Shown: positions 59,101-64,000 of the stretch, one piece after another
How positions within the stretch are numbered: position 1 is the stretch's first letter
Layout: each line of letters opens with the position of its first letter
Assembly: GCF_041146345.1 (NCBI RefSeq)
Contig: NW_027191419.1
Location: forward strand, 248,001-312,000
DNA: 64,000 nt
From: Neodothiora populina
Taxonomy: Eukaryota
Direction: 5' to 3'
Notes under the pieces: model-generated
What the model was told of the DNA's origin: nothing
The model's database searches: none
Seen by the model: the letters and a program-made list of their open reading frames with translations, nothing else
Program-made: the position numbers and the translations under genes

Positions 59101-61737
59101 CTAGTTGCCGTACTTCTTCTTCAGCCTCTTCTGTGCACGCACATCCTTCTTGAGACGAGGATCAACCATCTTGTATTTACCCTTGACACCGCCAGGTCTG
59201 CCCTTGTTACCTCTGTTGCCACCACGGGCAACAACGACCTTGACAGGCTGTCGCTTCTTGCCGCCCTTGCTGGCCTTTGCCATGAGCTTGGCGATATCTC
59301 TGGACTTGTCCTTTTCGCTGGCGTCTTCGTTGTCAGCCAGGAGCGCAGACTTGCGCTTGAGCTTCTCGAGACGGTTGGCTGCACGGAGAGTCTTTCTCGC
59401 CTTGGCCTCGCGGACCTTCTTGATGGGTCGCGCGTTCAGTGCTCGCATCTTCTCCTTGATAGCAGCGGCGGCCTCTTTGGTAATGGGTCGTTGCAGCTTG
59501 GAGTGCTTACCCTCGTCATCGAGGAACCACTCGGGCAAGCCGTCGACATCGCGTAGCGCGTATTTGTTGAAGTTGTCGTCAAGGAGGTCGTGCTTGGTCT
59601 TTTGACCGGTGGCGAGCTGATGTGCCAGAGTCATGGCTTCTGCCGTGATGATATCGATGGAAGGTTGTCCACTGGCGTTCTGGGGCTCGCTGTCACGATC
59701 CCATTGCGTCTGGTTGTTCTTGACAACCTCGAATCCGCCATCGTCTTCAGATTCCTCGTCCGAACCTGCTTCCTCATTTGCACCATAGTCAGACTCGGAC
59801 TCGGAGTCCTCGGCAGGCGCGACCACGGTCTTGGTCTTTGTGTTGGACGCTTTGAGAGGCGGCGACTGCGAGCTAGAGTCTTCCATCTCGACGCCGCTGT
59901 CTCTGTCCTTTGTCGTCTCGGGCTCGTCGAGATCCATGTCGTCTAGTCCGTCGATACCTTGGAAGATGTCCTGCTCGAAGAAGTTTGCTGCTCGCTTCGA
60001 AAGACCGTTAGTAGGATTGGCGGAGTTGTCGAGGTCGGTGACCAGCTTGTTGCTCTCGTCCTCATCGTACTCAGAGTCAGAGTCGTCTTCGCCACGCGGC
60101 TCGTCAGCGTCGCTGTCGTCTTCTCTGTCTGAAAAGCCCTCGAACTCCTCATCGTCACCGTGGCGCGCTTTTCGTGCTCGCTTGGCGCGGGCCTTGGCGT
60201 CTCTGTCTTCCTTCTGGGTTTGGTAGGCTTCGTACATGTTGTCGAGTTGTCTCTCGAGCTCGTCGCCGAGTTCGTCGTCGGTGACTTCATCGACAACCTC
60301 CTCCTGCTTCTCCTCGACAGGGTTCACCATCTTGCCCCGAGCGAGCTTGCCGACCAAGCCAGCCTTGTCGACGCTCTTGAGCTGGAACATGGAGTCTTCG
60401 CCAAAGGGACCAGCCTGTTCCATACCGATGTCCATGGGTGTAGTCATGTGCATCTGCATGCGGATGATTTCTTTTTGCTTTCTCTCGTTCTCCCTGCGGC
60501 GGTCCTTGCGCTTGCCCTTGGATTCCATGTCCTTCATGTTCTGAATCTCCTCTTGCAGTTTCATCTCCTCGTCCATGTCCTCGACCTCTGCGACTTCGAC
60601 GCCGTCCTGTTCCTTCTTGGCGGCCTCTTCGGCGGCCTTTTTCTGCTTTGATGAGAAACCGAATCGCTCGCGGACCTTGAGACGCCATTTCAAGAGCAGC
60701 CTGAATTCTTTCTTACCCAAAACTTTCAGATCGGCGCAGCAGATCTTGACCTCCTCGGTGGTTTCTGGGAGTTGACTCAGAGTGGCAAGAGCGAGATCGC
60801 CGTTCTTGGATTGATCAAAGCCGAGCTTGTTCATGCCACCGAGAATGGCAATGGGATCCTCAGTCTGGATGAAGTCGCTGGCGGGGACTTCCTTGAACTG
60901 GGTCCAGTCACCGTCCTCGTAACCTTCTCTTTTCCTCTTCTTGACTTCGGGGTTGAAGACCTTGGCTTCATTGTTGGGTGCGGGAGCCTCGACTTCGCTG
61001 AAGGCGTACTTGGGGTCGAGGAATCTGGGGTCGAGGAACTTGGGTGCCTTGAAGCCACGGCAGACGTAGAAGGTCTCGGCGGAGACGTTACGGGAGGAAG
61101 GAGGCTTGGTCTGCTCGACCTTGTTGAAAAGCTGCTTGAAAATCCACTCGAGCTTGGAACTATCCTTTGATCTGAAGACCTTTGTCACGAAGTTTCCGTT
61201 GGGGCCGAGGAAGTCACAGGCCAAGCGTAGAGAGTGCAAGACCAGCTCGTTCTGAGAGAAAGCGTCCTGAACCCAGGCGGTACCGACGTTGGGAGCACCG
61301 TCGTGAATGACAGTGTCTGCCTTCCATGTCTTGAGATGACCTCTGATGATGGCGCGGGTCTTGTCGGTGGTGATGTCGCCCTGGAAGGTGATTGCTTTGG
61401 GGATGGGCTTGATGGGAGTGAGATCGACACCGATAATCAGAGACTTAATCGGCATTGTCTCTGCCGCGACCTGCAGCCACGAACCGGGGGCGGCACACAA
61501 ATCGATCAGACATCTCGACTGCTGGAGGAAACCGAACTTCTTGTTGAGTTGGATGAGCTTGAAGGCAGCACGCGCGCGATATCCCTTTTCTTTTGCAAGA
61601 TAGTAGTATTTATCCAAACGGCCTTTGCCGTGCTGCGCGGGCGATGGTGGTCAGTGATTTTTTCTTTCCTTCTTCTTCTTCCTATAGTTACAGATTGAAG
61701 AAGACGGAAATGCGCGTACCTTTTTCTGGATGGCCAT
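59101..61737 (-). CDS. SPB1: AdoMet-dependent pre-rRNA 2'-O-methyltransferase (FtsJ family)
   Basis: Exon 1 61737-61720 (MAIQKK), intron 61719-61633 (GTACGC..ACTGAC..CAG), then [84 protein letters not shown]. Confidence 0.97.
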
Positions 61738-62644
61738 GACTGCCCTCTACGAACAATAGCAGGGAGAGATGGGAGTGAAATAATACAGAATAATTGATCT
61801 GGAGAACAAGAAAAGTTTCCTGCATGCAGAGAAACCCTGAAAGTAGAAAGAGCGACGGACGGAGATTCTTCCCCGCCGCTAGCGAGTCGTCGAGTCTGAG
61901 CGCCATGGGCGGCTGCCTGAGCTGCATGACTCTTGCATATGGCTGGAACCCATGACCATACTTGTATCAGCAGCGACTGGCACCGCATTTCTTTTTTATC
62001 GCGATGACGGAAGACGGACGACGGGCGGGGATGACGAAAGAATAGGGTAAGATAAGGTAGGTACCTTACCTTACCTGCCTTGCCTTACTTTACTACAGAA
62101 TAAGAAAGTCCTGGCTCTGGCTGCAGCAGTATGCCTCTGTACAGTAAAGTCGGTGAAGACAGGAGTACTGCTTCCATAGATAAAGTTGCAGGTGTGGATC
62201 AGGACTAGTTATCACTACTACTTGTATCACTAGATGCCCTGTACTGTGAGTGCCTCGCGCAATATACAGTAAAGTAGCACAGACTCGTCGCCTTGTCGCT
62301 GGATGCTCCGTACCTTGCACTTATCCGCCGTACTCGCTATTATTCCCCCTCATTCCATTATTGTTCCTGGTTCAATTTCACAATTGACTGTCGCGCGATC
62401 CAGGTCCAACCAGGTACAAGTACTGTTACAACAACAATAACACCTCAAGTCCGCATAATCCATTTGAACACCGCTTTGGACATTTGATCGCCCACACGTT
62501 CATCGGAGATCAGAGACAAAGACCAACAGGCACAGAGGGATAGGCGCCCCTTCCCCACCCGTCCATTGCGCCGCCATCCCTCAAGTCTCCCTCATCCTTT
62601 GATATCTCCATCTTTCGTCACAGTGCTGTCCGACTCTCCCTTCC

Positions 62645-64000
62645 ATGGGTCCGCGAAACAAGAAGCACAAGCCAAACCACCCGGCATCAGCAGGTCAAGA
62701 CCATGATCAAGTCCAATCACATGAGAACGCCGTCGCTGCCCCGCCCGCCAAGCCAGAAGAAGATGCGGCTCCGGATGATGACACTCAGTCCCAAAAGCCA
62801 GAGCGACGGTCCAGCAGGGCGAGTTGGTATAACAAATCAGGTTCATGGCGTGCCAAAGCATCTCCCGTAGCCCAAGCGACGCGCGAGAGCATCTCGGTTG
62901 CCGGTGGAGCGACTTCAGAGGCTCTGGCTGAAGGATCCGCCCAGGTCGCCAGATACATGCACAACACGCTCAAACGCAGCAGCAAATCCATCCCGAGTCT
63001 GCCTTCTGAGTCAAGGGTCAACGTGACAGGCATTCCTTCGGATCTCGACAGACCCAGATCCAGAGAAGCCAAAGAGGAGACCAAGGAGATAAAGGAGGAC
63101 GACGTGCCGGATATGAAGGTCAGAGAGGGAGGAACGACGACAACGACCGAAGATGATTCTCGACCGCCAGACGACGCCCCTCTGCCGCCTGATCCCATCA
63201 AGGACACTGCATCACAACCCGACTCCACCCAGACTCAACTGACCTCTTCGCAAAGAGGCTGGTGGGGCTGGTGGTCAAGACCTGACGGATACAACACACA
63301 GCCCGAGAAGGCCGACGACAGCAACAAAAAGCCAGACCATCCCGACCAGAACGAGACCAGCAACACTCCATTACCCACATCGCCTGCTCAGGAAAATCCC
63401 CCTGCAGAAGAAAACGCCGCCACTCCAGCCCTCCCTATTGCCGACCCGCCCAATGCACCCGTCGTAGCAGCCAACAAAGACTTAGGCTATGGCTCAACCA
63501 GATCGTGGTTTGGTCTCTGGAGTAAAGCGCAAAACACACAGCAGAGGCACGATGAATCGTCTACTCTCCCACAACCCTCACCACCAGAGAACACTGTCTC
63601 TCCGGAGCCCACGCCGCCACAAGCAGTCGAGAGTACGATCCCAGGAACGCATGAGCCAGAGCACCCTGCTCCCTCGCCACCCACAAAGTCGGCAGCAGGA
63701 TGGGCCTTTTGGTCAAGAGAGCAAAAGCCAGGGAACAGTTCGACGCCGAACGGCACTCAGACACAGCGACAGATTGGAGAGTTGGCCGTAGCAGACACTC
63801 CCTCACAGTCTCATCCCGAGGCTGCCCAGTTCAATCAAGAGCGCGAACAGAAATCAAAGGCCAAACGCATCGCCCGCTCCGCTTCTCTCAAGACTCCCAA
63901 GAACGCCACATTTTCTGCCAGCCCAAACATTGCTTCAGCTCCTGATACGCCGACGACGGCCAGCCCAGCCCAGACCCGCGCCAACACTCCGGAGCCTGGC
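62645..64000 (+). CDS. Conserved fungal protein, YML020W-like N-terminal region (runs off the window)
   Basis: Not in the ORF track because it has no stop in the window. ATG 62645 MGPRNKKHKP; Trp islands SWRAKASPVAQATRESISVA, GWWGWWSRPDGY, RSWFGLWS, GWAFWS and GELAVADTPSQSHPEAAQFN in a low-complexity background. The family name is from recall. Confidence 0.75.
   Translation, partial: MGPRNKKHKPNHPASAGQDHDQVQSHENAVAAPPAKPEEDAAPDDDTQSQKPERRSSRASWYNKSGSWRAKASPVAQATRESISVAGGATSEALAEGSAQVARYMHNTLKRSSKSIPSLPSESRVNVTGIPSDLDRPRSREAKEETKEIKEDDVPDMKVREGGTTTTTEDDSRPPDDAPLPPDPIKDTASQPDSTQTQLTSSQRGWWGWWSRPDGYNTQPEKADDSNKKPDHPDQNETSNTPLPTSPAQENPPAEENAATPALPIADPPNAPVVAANKDLGYGSTRSWFGLWSKAQNTQQRHDESSTLPQPSPPENTVSPEPTPPQAVESTIPGTHEPEHPAPSPPTKSAAGWAFWSREQKPGNSSTPNGTQTQRQIGELAVADTPSQSHPEAAQFNQEREQKSKAKRIARSASLKTPKNATFSASPNIASAPDTPTTASPAQTRANTPEPG

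Noticed and set aside
1..64000. Secondary-metabolite cluster or stop-codon readthrough (TGA-CTA) peroxisomal extensions
   Set aside because: No PKS, NRPS or terpene backbone gene is present, and none of the called stop codons has the TGA-CTA context.

Overview
Eukaryotic DNA from a filamentous ascomycete (Pezizomycotina; possibly a Chaetothyriales black yeast, which is only an impression from protein style). It has short GT-AG introns with CTRAC branch points and no recognisable transposon, tRNA, rRNA or CRISPR. I can support 17 protein-coding genes: a Zn2Cys6 TF (partial), a bZIP TF, a UBE2J1/Ubc6-type E2, POL12, a Sec14/PDR16-like protein, NHA1, an M38-type amidohydrolase, an F-box-like protein, URM1, ELP2, a hexose transporter, a GPI-anchored protein, a Clg1-like cyclin, MRPL10, a DUF1275 membrane protein, SPB1 and a YML020W-like protein (partial). 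The main finding is a three-exon URM1 gene, absent from the ORF track, that sits head-to-head with ELP2 across only 346 bp. The two genes serve the two arms (s2 and mcm5) of tRNA wobble-uridine mcm5s2U34 modification, suggesting a co-regulated bidirectional unit. Secondary signals are a strongly recurring intergenic TACAGTA motif plus AGGTA arrays, uORF-containing leaders (cyclin, bZIP, NHA1), a 587-nt intron in the DUF1275 gene, helically phased MCB cores upstream of POL12, and orphan intron signals suggesting spliced non-coding or decayed transcripts. All gene models were spliced and translated by eye and no database searches were run.
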